The notes: a model not told the origin generated them from the letters alone. DNA of 45,991 nucleotides from Octopus bimaculoides (GCF_001194135.2 NC_068993.1:43235119-43281109); one strand, 5' to 3'. Counted from the stretch's first letter, positions 23,540 to 34,968 are shown. Numbers and translations: made by a program.

Positions 23540-24205
23540 AAGGCGGCGAGCTGGCAGAATTGTTAGTACGCCGGGTAAAATGCTTAGCAGTATTTCGCCC
23601 GTCGCTACATTCTGAGTTCAAATTCTGCCGAGGTCGACTTTGCCTTTCATCCTTTCGGGGTCGATGAATTAAGTACGAGTGAAAATCTGGGGTAGGTGTA
23701 ATCAGCTAGTCCCCTTCCCTAAAATTTCAGGCCTTGTGCCTACAGCACAAAGGATTATTATCATTACTATAAGACGACGAACTGACAGAATCGTTAGCAT
23801 GCCGGACAAAACGCTTAGTGACATTTAACCCGTCTTTACATTCTGAATTCAAATTCTGCCGTGGTCATCTTTGCCGTTCGTCCTTTCGGGGTTGATGAAA
23901 TAGGTACCAGCTTAGCACTGGGGTCGATGTAACCGACTAGCCCCTTCCCCAAAATGTCAGGCCTTGTGCCTATAGTAGAAAGGATTATTGTAAGGCAGCG
24001 AGCAGTCAGGATCGTTAACGCGGCGGACAAAATTCTTAGTGATATTTATTCTGGCTCTTTACGTTCTGAGCTCAAACGCCACCGAGGTCTACCCTACTTT
24101 CATCCCTTTCGTGGTCGATAAAATAAATACCAGTTTGGCTCCGAAGTCAATGTAACCCACTTCTCTCTCTCCTTCATCAAAACTGCTGACGTTGTGCCAA
24201 AATTA
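23540..24205 (+). mobile_element. Three head-to-tail family-B SINEs (23540-23760, 23771-23990, 23992-24205)
   Basis: Repeated head (GGCGGCGAGCTGGCAGAAT..., TTCTGAGTTCAAATTC), body CCTTTCGGGGTCGAT and AAGGATTATT tails; the copies are mutually diverged. Confidence 0.9.
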
Positions 24206-24641
24206 GAGGAAAAATTTATTTGGAATTAATGATGTCTTTGTTTTATAATTTTTATGTGGAAATACATTTAAACGTCAATAGATTTGGATATAATCTCTCG
24301 TCATTTAATCCACTTCTTTGCGTGGTGTAATCCATGAATTCTCCACTATCTCTGTATGTATTTCATCGATATCCTTACAGCGCAGCGATCTGTAATCGTG
24401 ATTGGATTCTAAAATAAGACTAACTAACTAACAGTGACCTCATGATTCTCACCAATCACCGAGGTTAATTACTTGAAGTCAAGCTTAAATAAGCAACTCA
24501 GAATAAATGAACATAGTCACTAATTAGTTCAGGCTTATATTATTACGATGCAACGCTTCACCCTGTGTGATGATGTTATATACCTTATATAGTAGTTACT
24601 CAATCGAATGATAAAATCTTTGTAAATGCTGTTCAGATATA

Positions 24642-24785
24642 GATGCAGACTTGGTTGCGTGGTTGAGACGTTCACTTTGGTTTCGACTTCAGTCTCATTG
24701 TGTGGCACCTTGGGCAAGTGTCTTCTACCATAGCCTCGGGCCGATTAATGCCCTGTGAGGGAATTTGGTATACGAAAACTATTTG
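24642..24785 (+). mobile_element. SINE family A head fragment
   Basis: GTGGCACCTTGGGCAAGTGTCTTCTACCATAGCCTCGGGCCGA. Confidence 0.8.
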
Positions 24786-25041
24786 AAGAGCTGTTTTAGA
24801 TAGGTACATAGAGAGAGAGGGGGGAGATAGATATCATGGCTGTGTGGTAAAAAGTCTGCTTCCCAACCACATGGTTCCAGGTTCAGCCCCACTACGTGGC
24901 ACCTTCGGCGAGTATCTTCTACTTTAGCTGAGCAAAGCCTTGAGTCAATTCAGTAGACGGAAACTGATAAAACCCGTCGTATATATGTACATATCTACAA
25001 AAACATATATACATATATATACACACACACACATACATACA

Positions 25042-25330
25042 ATGGCCATTTTTGCTGTCTCTTGCCTTCAAAAACCACATTCTCTATTTTTCTAACACCC
25101 GATCAGTTATATTTTGGCTGTTACGACACGCGTGCTTTTCTCCTTTTCTCCTTTTCACCAGACTATCTGCCCCGCCTCCTTTTCCTCTTCTCTGGACATT
25201 TTTCTCTATCTGATGAGGAGCCATACTCGAAACGTCATATCTACTTCTATTTTTCCATCAAAAACATACACTGATCATCAATATATTCAATGTGTTATCC
25301 AATTGACTTTTGTTGTTTTTTCTCTTATTT
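25042..25330 (+). mobile_element. Penelope-like pseudo-LTR fragment with minimal hammerhead
   Basis: Pyrimidine-rich tract plus an HHR at 25207-25239; homologous layout to 790-990. Confidence 0.6.
25207..25239 (+). ncRNA. Minimal type I hammerhead with intact core
   Basis: TAT-CTGATGA-G-GAG-ccata-CTC-GAA-AC-GT-C-ATA; palindromic ACGT helix III, GUC cleavage triplet. Confidence 0.75.
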
Positions 25331-25498
25331 TTTCCAATCGGTGTTGGTGTGTTTATGTCCCGTAACGTAACGTTTCAGCAAAAGAGCTATATTAGATGTC
25401 AGACTTTAAAAAAATATGTACTGAGATTGATTCGTTCGACAAAAAATTCTTCAAGGCTGAGTCCAAACATGCAGTCTAATGACTGAAACAAGACATAC

Positions 25499-25545
<47 letters not shown>

Positions 25546-25550
<5 letters not shown>

Positions 25551-25687
25551 GTGGCCAAAGGTTTGGAACATGGGTCGGAAAATTAGAATTCTATACCAAA
25601 TGCTCAAATATATATGTTGTATATATTTGAATCGAATTGTACAATTTTAATTACTTTTTTAATGCTCCAAACTTTTGACCACGACTG
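25546..25687. mobile_element. Tc1-type MITE (142 bp)
   Basis: TIRs about (C)AGTCGTGGCCAAAAGTTTGGAGCA, 22/27 match including the TA flanks; inserted at a (TA)n tract. Confidence 0.75.
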
Positions 25688-25706
25688 TATACACACACAC
25701 GCACAC

Positions 25707-25757
<51 letters not shown>

Positions 25758-25759
25758 CA

Positions 25760-25985
25760 AGTCAAATACAAAAACAGCAAATAGAAGTTCAAGGGACCTT
25801 CACATTTAATATTATTCGGCCGACACTCAAAATGAAAAGAATAGTTATAGAGCAAACGTATGCCGTCTCGGACACGTCGGATACTAGAGGAAAGCTAAGA
25901 AAAGGAGGAAAGGATATAAGAAACAAGAAAAGAGAGCCATGGTAAAAAAGAAAAAAAACTCACGCGGATTACTTTCACTTGTTCG
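25760..25985 (-). mobile_element. Heavily decayed copy of the same Penelope-like pLTR family
   Basis: Minus strand: CGCGTG, pyrimidine tract, CCGACG..., then TTTTCATTTTGAGTGTC...ATAATA, paralleling 800-930. Confidence 0.35.
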
Positions 25986-25997
25986 GAACACCAAGAA

Positions 25998-26323
25998 CAG
26001 TGGTTCCCAACTGGGGTGTATATAAGACTTTTGGGGATCCACGCAACAAAATAGTAGATTGGGGATTCACAAAAGTATTATTTTAAGGGCTTCTGAAAAA
26101 ATTTTGCTTTAGATGTTTGTATTGGCATGTATTGCAAGAAACAGGTTTCTTTCTTTACATAGTTCAACCTACACAAATTAATATACAAAAAATGACGAAA
26201 CTGGAATTTTAAAAGAACTATCTATAAAACAAGTTTTTAAACGCCGAATGGCAACGGGGATCCAACAGAATAAAATAGTATTCAAAGAGGTCTATAGATT
26301 AAAAAAATGGTTGGGAGCCGCTG
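25998..26323 (+). mobile_element. hAT (Charlie-like) MITE, second copy
   Basis: CAGTGGTTCCCAAC...GTTGGGAGCCGCTG; colinear with 20954-21302; TSD degenerate (ACCAAGAA/ACCTAAAA, 6/8). Confidence 0.8.
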
Positions 26324-26384
26324 ACCTAAAAGATGAAAGATAAAAAGGTTAAAGCTACTCCCAGAATCTGTGGAGTGTATATTT

Positions 26385-26725
26385 TCCCCTGGACGGAATG
26401 CTGGTCTGCGATAAGATTACTCATTTTCACCAGCTGAATGGACTAGAGCAACGTGAAATGAAGTATTTTGCTCAGGAACATAACACATCGCCCGATCCAG
26501 GAGTTGAAACTACAACCTTATGATCATGCGTTCACCCCCATCACATCGCCAATCACTAAGCCACATGACATAACGCCGATCTGTAGCAAGATTACTCATT
26601 TTTTACCAGCTGGGTGCGTTTTGCTCAAGAACATAATGCCTCGCCCGATCCAGGAATCGAAACCACAATCTTACGATCATCAGTCCAACCCCCAACCCTT
26701 TGGTCACTAAGTCACGTGCCTCCAC
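26385..26725 (-). mobile_element. Two tandem family-C SINE copies (about 26385-26545 and 26575-26725)
   Basis: Duplicated AAGATTACTCATTTT..CCAGCTG..TTTTGCTCA..AACATAA..TCGCCCGATCCAGGA..GAAAC.ACAA.CTTA.GATCAT. Confidence 0.75.
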
Positions 26726-27554
26726 ATTCGGAACACCTGCCTACGATATTATGGAGATACTCGACTTCAAACTGATATGGAAAAAGAATGTTTCAATAAA
26801 TCATCGTACGCGAATAATAACCAGTTTTAATCTTGGTAAAAAAAAACCCAGCAATTTTAAACGACGGGTAAGTCGATACCACCAACCACTGTGCTTTACT
26901 TCTACTTTATTTATATTATCCTAATAAAAAAAATTAAAAATATTTCATTGGTAGCTCGGAACTAAGAATTTTCTGCACCAACATTCTAGCTTTGGTCAGT
27001 ACTAAATAAACTCATAAGTGAGCGGATTTTATAACGTTGAAGCTAAAAGCATTTCTATCGCTCGTTCATTAATGTGAAAATATAAAATAGAAACTAGATA
27101 GATATATTGAAACAAATTGCAAGTGGCAAGAATAGAAGTAGCATATGCGATGATAGCAATCAGTACGTTAAGTGCATGTGTATTAAGTATGATAAGAAAG
27201 ACATTCGAAAGAGACAGAGAGAGAAAGAGAAAGGTATAAGGGTAGAAATGATAGCTCATGTTTCATAAAGATAGTGTAAACACAAGACAGTAGAATGTAA
27301 ATATGGGTAATTACTGGATGTAAGACAAGGGTGGGTTTTGTATTAATAAACGGCAATGCTGAGAAGCGAATGAAAACGAACAAAAACTAATATTGTTTCC
27401 TCTTTCTACTTAGGCGAAAAGCCCAAAATTTACTGCGAAAATGGAAATGAAAATATAGATAGAACTTTCATGCACTTCTCATGAAAAATTAGCAACTTTT
27501 GAGAAACGGTTCTTATATCAGGATCAACACTAAGAAAAACTGAAATAATATTTG

Positions 27555-27982
27555 TTTATCTTTTACTTGTTTCAGTCATTGGACGGCGGCCATTGCATGT
27601 GCACCACCTAGAAAGATTTTAATCGAACAAATCCATTCCAGTACTTAGGTTTGTTTGCTTGTTTGTTTGTTTTTTGTTCATTTTTTTCTTTCTTTTTTCA
27701 AATCTATCGATTTTTTGGCCGAAGAGTTAAGTTACGGGAATGTCGAAAAAAGAAACAACACTTGTTGTCAAGCGGTGGTGGAGGAAAAACACAAACACAA
27801 AGACACACACGTGTATACGACGAGCTTCCACACAGTTTCCGTCTAGTAAATTCACTCATAAGGCGTTGGTTGGCCCGGGGTTATAGTAGAAGACACCCAA
27901 GGTGTTGCGCAGTGGGACTGAACCTGAAACCACATGGTTGCAAAACGAGCTTTTTTTTTACCACACAGCTATGTCTGCGCCC
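27555..27982 (-). mobile_element. SINE family A, full length
   Basis: From the reverse tail TTTTACTTGTTTCAGTCATT to the head CACAGCTATGTCTGCGCC. Confidence 0.85.
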
Positions 27983-28145
27983 ACTGCTTTGTGTGGATGT
28001 GTGTGGGAGGGGGTGTAAGACTAGTTTCTAGATGTCGGTCAGAATTTCCGATCACAAGATTCAGTTGTTTGAATAACTAATCTACCAGTTTCATAGACGT
28101 ACCGTGTGAAATGACTGAGTATTTCAAAGGCATATGCATCTTTAG

Positions 28146-28365
28146 TCCATTAGCATTTAACCCAGCCATATCCGACCCAAATATTCTATCTGTGATATGC
28201 GCAAATCAGCCAGATTCTATCTCTCACACCTACTCTACAATGTCATTCTAAAAATATGTAATCACATCGTCAAAATTTTGATTCTACTAGATAATACTTG
28301 ATTAATTCAAAATAGTGTGAATAAATGAGCATCATATTTGACAAAGTATTCTGAATACTAAAAGG
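28146..28365. mobile_element. piggyBac-type MITE, degenerate
   Basis: Right end CTGAATACTAAAAGG-TTAA; left TTAG-TCCATTAGCATT; TIR 8/12 with TTAA-like TSDs. Confidence 0.5.
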
Positions 28366-28909
28366 TTAATGTAATTCAGGAAAAAACAGACTGACACAGT
28401 ATGTGTCAAGGCCGTACTTTTTGAATTGCTGGTACAATCTAACCGTCCTTCAATTCATCCAGAGAACTGATCATTTTCCGTCAAAACAAAATATAGATCG
28501 ACTCAAGACTATAGAAAATCAAAACAAAAAAAAAACGACAGTCGCCTAAGATGTCACACAGCAGAATCAAAACCGAAATTTTTTAACGACTCGGGCTAGG
28601 CCCCAATTTATTTACAGTACAAGTGATAACGCTGTATGACTTTTACAGCTTTCTCATGAGTATTGGCAGAGTAAATGAGATGAAATAGCTTCAACCGAAA
28701 AATCAAGATTACATCGTCCGCTTGACTTGACTTGCCGCAAGATTGTCTTAATTCTGGTTGAAATAACGCAGACAGTAGTCTAAACTTTCAGCTCATATTT
28801 CGTTACCTATTGTTTCAGAGATCAAATTACATCAGGGTTGACTTTATAATCTTTTTGTCTCTCAATAAATAAAACAAATATACAAATCGATGAACCATGT
28901 CTTTTATAG

Positions 28910-29112
28910 TTTATCTTTTACTTGTTTCAGTCATTAGACTGCGGCCACACTGGAGCACCGCCTTGAAGGGATTGGTTGAACAAATCGACCCCAAGTATTT
29001 ATTTTCTTTTGTCTATGCTAGGTATATCGAATCTCTATCGGATCTCTTTTTGCTGAACCGCTAGATACGGCGACGAGAAGAGACCAATATTGGCAGTCAA
29101 GCGGTGGCGGAT

Positions 29113-29143
<31 letters not shown>

Positions 29144-29307
29144 AGACGGGCTTCTTTCAGTATCCGTCTACCACATGCACTCACAAGGATTTAGTCGGTT
29201 CGGGGCTATAGTAGAAGACGCTTGCCCATGGTGCCGCGTAGTGGGACTGAACTCGGAACCATGTAGTTGGGAAGCAAACTTCTTACCACTCAGCCACGCC
29301 TGAGCCT
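28910..29307 (-). mobile_element. SINE family A, full length
   Basis: Colinear with 8786-9164. Confidence 0.9.
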
Positions 29308-29387
29308 ATATCATCACACTTAGCCATGTCACCACAATTAATCCCAAAATAAAATCAGAGTTCAGTATATAATTATCGATGTCACAA

Positions 29388-29397
29388 AGTAGTAGTA

Positions 29398-29455
<58 letters not shown>

Positions 29456-29486
29456 CAACAGCAGCAGCAGCAGCAGCAGCAGTGGC

Positions 29487-29521
<35 letters not shown>

Positions 29522-29555
29522 CAGCAGCAGCAGCAGCAGCAGTGGCAGCAGCAGC

Positions 29556-29587
<32 letters not shown>

Positions 29588-29628
29588 CAGCAGTAGCTGC
29601 AGTAGCAGTAGTAGTATTAGTAGTAGTA
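29388..29628. repeat. (AGT)n/(AGC)n compound trinucleotide repeat with higher-order duplication
   Basis: Direct sequence. Confidence 0.95.
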
Positions 29629-29685
29629 TCGGGAAGGAGTTCATCAAGACTAATATTTCTCCATGAATATTATTATTATTATTAA

Positions 29686-29689
<4 letters not shown>

Positions 29690-29728
<39 letters not shown>

Positions 29729-30035
29729 TATTCAAGGCAGCACTGCCTGGAATTGAACTCGGAATCTTGGGGTTAGTAGCCCGCGATTAATAGACAGAGA
29801 ACACCACTGGAAAATACAAAAACTAAAAGAAGCAGCACATATACTAGGACACAATAACCTCTTAAGCAGACCTAGTTCAGATATGTGTAGAATATGGGAA
29901 CCAGTATAAAGGAAGGATGCAAAAATATTAGGTTTATAAGCCCTAGAATTCACTCCATAATTGCCTACGGGCATATAACGTAATAGCTAACAGCGCGGGC
30001 TACTAATCTCAAGATGCCGAGTTCAATTCCAGGTT
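29690..30035 (+). mobile_element. Penelope-like element 3' fragment: GIY-YIG C-terminus with inverted tRNA-like arms
   Basis: Frame from 29787: LIDREHHWKIQKLKEAAHILGHNNLLSRPSSDMCRIWEPV*RKDAKILGL*. Inverted 40-bp arms at 29746-29785 and 29994-30033 (37/40). Confidence 0.7.
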
Positions 30036-30044
30036 TCATTCACT

Positions 30045-30397
30045 GGGCATGTAACCATTCTGGAGCATCACCTGGAAAATATGGTCAAGCAAATCGACTA
30101 CAGTACTTTAAAAGGTTAGAGCTTATTCTACCGGCTTCTTTTTTGCCGAACAGCTAAGTTATGGAGACGTAAACAACACGAGTTGCCAATCGGTAAAGTG
30201 GAGGCAAGCAAAAAAAATACACACCCATACGAGATAGATAATTTTGATACAAGGCCAGCAATTCTGAGGTGTGGGATTATCATTAGTCGATATTCTCGGC
30301 AGGATTTGAACTCAGAACGAATAGAATTGCCTCTAAGCATTTTTCCCGACATGCTAACGACTCTCAGAGCTCGTCGCCTTTCTGTCAGCTCGCCACC
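30045..30397 (-). mobile_element. Family-A SINE tail (30045-30195) and family-B SINE (30240-30397)
   Basis: Reverse matches: TTTTGCCGAACAGCTAAGTTA; GGATTTGAACTCAGAACG...CAGCTCGCCACCTTA. Confidence 0.75.
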
Positions 30398-31221
30398 TTA
30401 CCTGTGCCTATAAATTGATTATATTTTCACTAGCGTTATGACCAGAGCTCTAAGACAAGGAACACAAACTCTGTAACGCCACGTCAACACACAACGACTT
30501 TTATGGCTTTTTTTTTATTTCGCTTAGCGCTGTTGACATCGCTTTAAAAGACACAAATGTCAACATAACATTTTTTCAGAAGGAAAAACATTTCTCCCTT
30601 CTGAATTCAAAGCTATTTTACAAGAATTCAGTCTTTCACAACAAAATGCTGCATCAACACGATAAATCTACAACCAGGAATAATAGAAATATTTCGTGTC
30701 AACGACGCGGATTCTACATAGTTCATCCACCCGCTAGGAGAACCAGGGAAATCTTATACAAATTACATGCTACAGTCTTGAAAGAAAAAAAAAAGGGGGA
30801 CTTATTAGATAAATTTCCTAGTGCCTGATAAAGAGAGAGGCTTGCTCAATTACGGTTGAGTACACATTCATACCCCACCCCNNNNNNNNNNNNNNNNNNN
30901 NNNNNNNNNNNNNNNNNNNNNNNNNNNNNNNNNNNNNNNNNNNNNNNNNNNNNNNNNNNNNNNNNNNNNNNNNNNNNNNNNNNNNNNNNNNNNNNNNNNN
31001 NNNNNNNNNNNNNNNNNNNNNNNNNNNNNNNNNNNNNNNNNNNNNNNNNNNNNNNNNNNNNNNNNNNNNNNNNNNNNNNNNNNNNNNNNNNNNNNNNNNN
31101 NNNNNNNNNNNNNNNNNNNATTAGCGACGGAAACAGTATTAATACCAAAAGATAATCTTTATATCCAACTTAGCATAGATGCTTCCGTTTTCCATGTTCT
31201 TACAAGGCCTCCATGTTAAGT

Positions 31222-31306
<85 letters not shown>

Positions 31307-33031
31307 ACAAAGAATGAAGCTGTATTATCAACGATTTGATTAGTTACATGTGTTCCAAACAGACTAGTACAACTAACTGATACACATTGCAAATATCAAT
31401 CGACCCTTACATATATAATCCACTAAAGGTCCAAAGAGAGAGAGGGATTATGTACCATACAACTAACTACTAAATATCATTATACTAAGAAAATCTGATA
31501 AGCATTTCTCTCCCACTATCTTTGACTGGGACACTGGTCAGTTAAGTACCAGTCTGTCTGTTTGAGTTTTACTGTTATGAACCCTACAACGTATACAAAT
31601 TTTGGCAAAAACATCATGAATGTTGGTAAAAATAGAATGGCACTTAATTTCCCTCTCCATTAAATGAGGTATCGATTAAATATGTATATTTCTATTTGCA
31701 ATGTACATCAATTGGTTGTGTCAATCTATCTGAAACGCATGCAGCTAATTAAATAGTTTATAATGTTTCTTCCTTTTTGTGTTTCCTTTCTATATTTTTT
31801 TTTCTAGTATATTTTATCAATATACCAAATTTATTTGGTGTTCGACTCTCAGATTTACAAACTAGACATGCTACAAGAAGTGAATGACAACCTATATAAA
31901 TTGCTGGGACCTTAATGAAACAATTTAGCAAGCTGATTTGTACAGAGTACTGAAAAATATATTCGTCTCGATTTATTTAATCCCTATTTTCTTTCACTTT
32001 ATATAAATATATATATATATATATATANNNNNNNNNNNNNNNNNNNNNNNNNNNNNNNNNNNNNNNNNNNNNNNNNNNNNNNNNNNNNNNNNNNNNNNNN
32101 NNNNNNNNNNNNNNNNNNNNNNNNNNNNNNNNNNNNNNNNNNNNNNNNNNNNNNNNNNNNNNNNNNNNNNNNNNNNNNNNNNNNNNNNNNNNNNNNNTAT
32201 ATATGTATATATATATATATACATGTATGTGTGTGTGTAGATATATACACACACACGAGTGCGTGCATACATATGTATACATACAAAAGTTGAACTCTGA
32301 AAAGAACAGACACGTGATCAATTTAGAGAATGCAGAATGCAGTGGATTTTACCTTTAAAGCTAAATGGAGAAGGCAACGGACGTGTTTTAGTCTTATGAG
32401 ACCTTCTCAGCAAAACATATTCACCTCAGCTGGCAAGGTCCATGTGATCAATTCACTCTATGGCATAAATAAGACACTACCTTCATTTTATTTCGCTGGC
32501 AAAACAATCCAATGAGGTGTTTTACCTTAGTCATATGCATGTGTGTGTACTTGTTATTAAAAATCTTTGGATCACTCCATTTTAATGCATGATTTGTGCA
32601 TTATTTATAAATTTAGAATAATATTCCTGCGGTCGACAAATTCAAAACAAGCTATTTCCAGCCATTTAGAATAAAGAACTTGAAGATAATTCTGAGAGTG
32701 AAAAAAATAATATTTAATCCATAATCGTTAGTTCGATAAAATATATTTTGTCGTACTAACGACTATTGATTAGATATTTTAAATTTATAATAATAAATGT
32801 TCGCTTTCTGATGTCTTTAACATGACATAATATATTCGTTATGAAAGCTGCAATCTTCGACTTTTAGAACAATCTCTATAGTTTTAGCATATAAAGACAG
32901 AAACTGTTATCTCTTTCACCTAACTAAACTAAGAACATTTACATGTGAGATAATAAGACCTGATAGATTAGAAAAATCTTATTTATTAGATCACTTGTAG
33001 CCTATGAATATCTTTAAATTTTTCTTTTCAG

Positions 33032-33090
33032 GATTTTATGCAGAATTGCAATCACATCACCCATCTAATCTCGCTGCTTTGAAACAATAA
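33032..33090 (+). CDS. Candidate terminal exon (xFYAELQSHHPSNLAALKQ*)
   Basis: Strong acceptor tctttaaatttttcttttcAG, phase-1 open frame to TAA at 33088-33090; product not recognised. Confidence 0.3.
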
Positions 33091-33739
33091 AATCACAGCT
33101 TTATTTGAATTAAATAGCTACGAGCAGATCTGATTTAAAGCATTAATTAAATATCAAACTTAAAATTATATAAAAATTTTTAGACAATCATGGTGTACAC
33201 GAGAAAGTTATGAAGCAGATAATCACGCCATAAAATCTGCTTAAAAATCTTCATTGCATTCTTTGCCATAAATCAAAAATGTTTGCTTTAAAAGCGAAAA
33301 CAAAAGAAAGGAAAAGAATGATATTAAAAGAATCATGTACACGGGTAAAGTACCCACATTAAAAAATTGCCCGTCACATGTCAAGGCTAATCAACTACTA
33401 CTCGTGCGAATATATTCATAAAATAGTTAAAACTGCAAAGCGATATAATTCTTTTTGAAATATTTTAGTACTAAAGGAAAATATCTTAGATCAAAATAGC
33501 ATGTAATACCGTTTAAATAATCGCATAGGTGCACTCTCTTGAATAATTCAGTATAAAAAGCTACAATTGGCTAAGTCAATAGGTATTGAACATTCGATTG
33601 AGAGCTTAATGGTTTTTAGTCTGCGTTGTGTTAATAAAAAGTACCATCTCGAGTCCAAGGATTCATAGAAATAGTTACCTGGTTTCTATGTCGTATGAGT
33701 AACCGAGATCACGACACTCCCTCTGAACGGGGTCCAAAC

Positions 33740-33870
33740 TGATTGAAATGGAGTAACAGAAAATTAAGTGTTTTGCTCAAAAACATAACGCCGGACTCGA
33801 TCTGGGGAATTAAAACCACGAACTTGCGATCGTGAGTGAAATTCCCTAGCCACTAAGCAATGCGTACTCA
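33740..33870 (-). mobile_element. SINE family C
   Basis: Reverse head CCCTAGCCACTAAGCAATGCG and body TTTTGCTCAAAAACATAACGCC. Confidence 0.7.
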
Positions 33871-34573
33871 CGTGTCTATAAACCACGGCTGTTATCTTAC
33901 ACATAGCTCAGTTAAAATGAGACCATGGCGATTTTTTCGCTAGCTTGCAATGATGACTGCAGGTTTCCAGTGTGTGTCTCTTTTACGGTGATAGGCCGTC
34001 CTAAATGAACTTCCTTTTCATATACTAAATGCAAACGACGGCGACGACGGCAATAATGATGCTGATGATGATCATGATAAAGATGATAATGAAGTTTAGC
34101 TCCAGTCAGCGCTGATTGAGCACACTTATAATAAAATGTGCACCATTATGACCACCCTACTTGTTTAGGAACATCCACTACAACCTTATCTCATGCTTCC
34201 CATTTTATTGATGATGGTAAGATGTTATTTGAAAGATAGTAGGCTACAGTTTCTAGTAGGTCGAAAAACCATGCAGAGGATGTGTCATTTTGGTGTAATT
34301 GGTCACGTGATCGCGAATAACTGCAAATGAAGTTTCATTGGCACCTCACGAACGCCACCTACCATTCAATATCAAATCAACGAGGTACCCTCAACTCAGT
34401 TGCTCGACGTGGAAGAGATAGTAGCCAAATTAGTCTCAAATAACCCCTTAATGTCTTATACACTATGTTTGAGAAACAGAAACGAGAAGGCTGTGGCTAA
34501 TGTTTTGATCATCGGTCTGTTTAAACAGGCTGACCTATGGTCAAACAGTAACCTATACAATAAAATACTTGTA

Positions 34574-34968
34574 AAGTTGACCTCGGTGATATTGTAACTC
34601 AGAACGTTAAGGGCCAGAAGAAATACTGCTAAACGTTGTGTCCGACATGCTAACGATTCTGCTAGCTCCCCGCCCCGGACTGATGCACTAAAATATATAA
34701 GTATCGTATATTTCATCGGAAGTGCATTGATTTCAATACATAAGGAACATAAAGCAGCAAACTGACAGAATTGTTAGCACACCAGGCAAAATGCTCAGCG
34801 GCATTTCGTCCGTCTTTAGGCTCTATCTTCAAATTCTGCCGAGGTCGACTTTATCTTTCATCCTTTCGGGGTCGATAAATTGAGTACCAGTTGCCTACTG
34901 GGGTCGATCTAATCGCCTGGCCCCTCCCTGAAAATTTCGGGCCTTGTGCCTGGAGTAGAAAAGGATTG
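34574..34968. mobile_element. Head-to-head family-B SINE pair (34574-34674 minus; 34751-34968 plus)
   Basis: Inverted heads separated by about 76 bp. Confidence 0.8.

Larger units (their letters stand above)
24835..25492 (+). mobile_element. SINE family A split by a ~290-bp insertion at its central microsatellite
   Basis: Head half at 24835-25000 and tail half at 25330-25492 (ends ...AATGACTGAAACAAG). Confidence 0.8.

Noticed and set aside
23540-24205. Repeat-spacer-like periodicity (CRISPR-like array)
   Set aside because: The units are ~220-bp SINEs in eukaryotic DNA, with no short identical repeats, unique spacers or cas genes.
29379-29685. Poly-Ser, poly-Leu and poly-Val/Ala ORFs
   Set aside because: Products of the (AGT)/(AGC) microsatellite, sandwiched between a SINE and (TTA)n, with no splice or complexity support.
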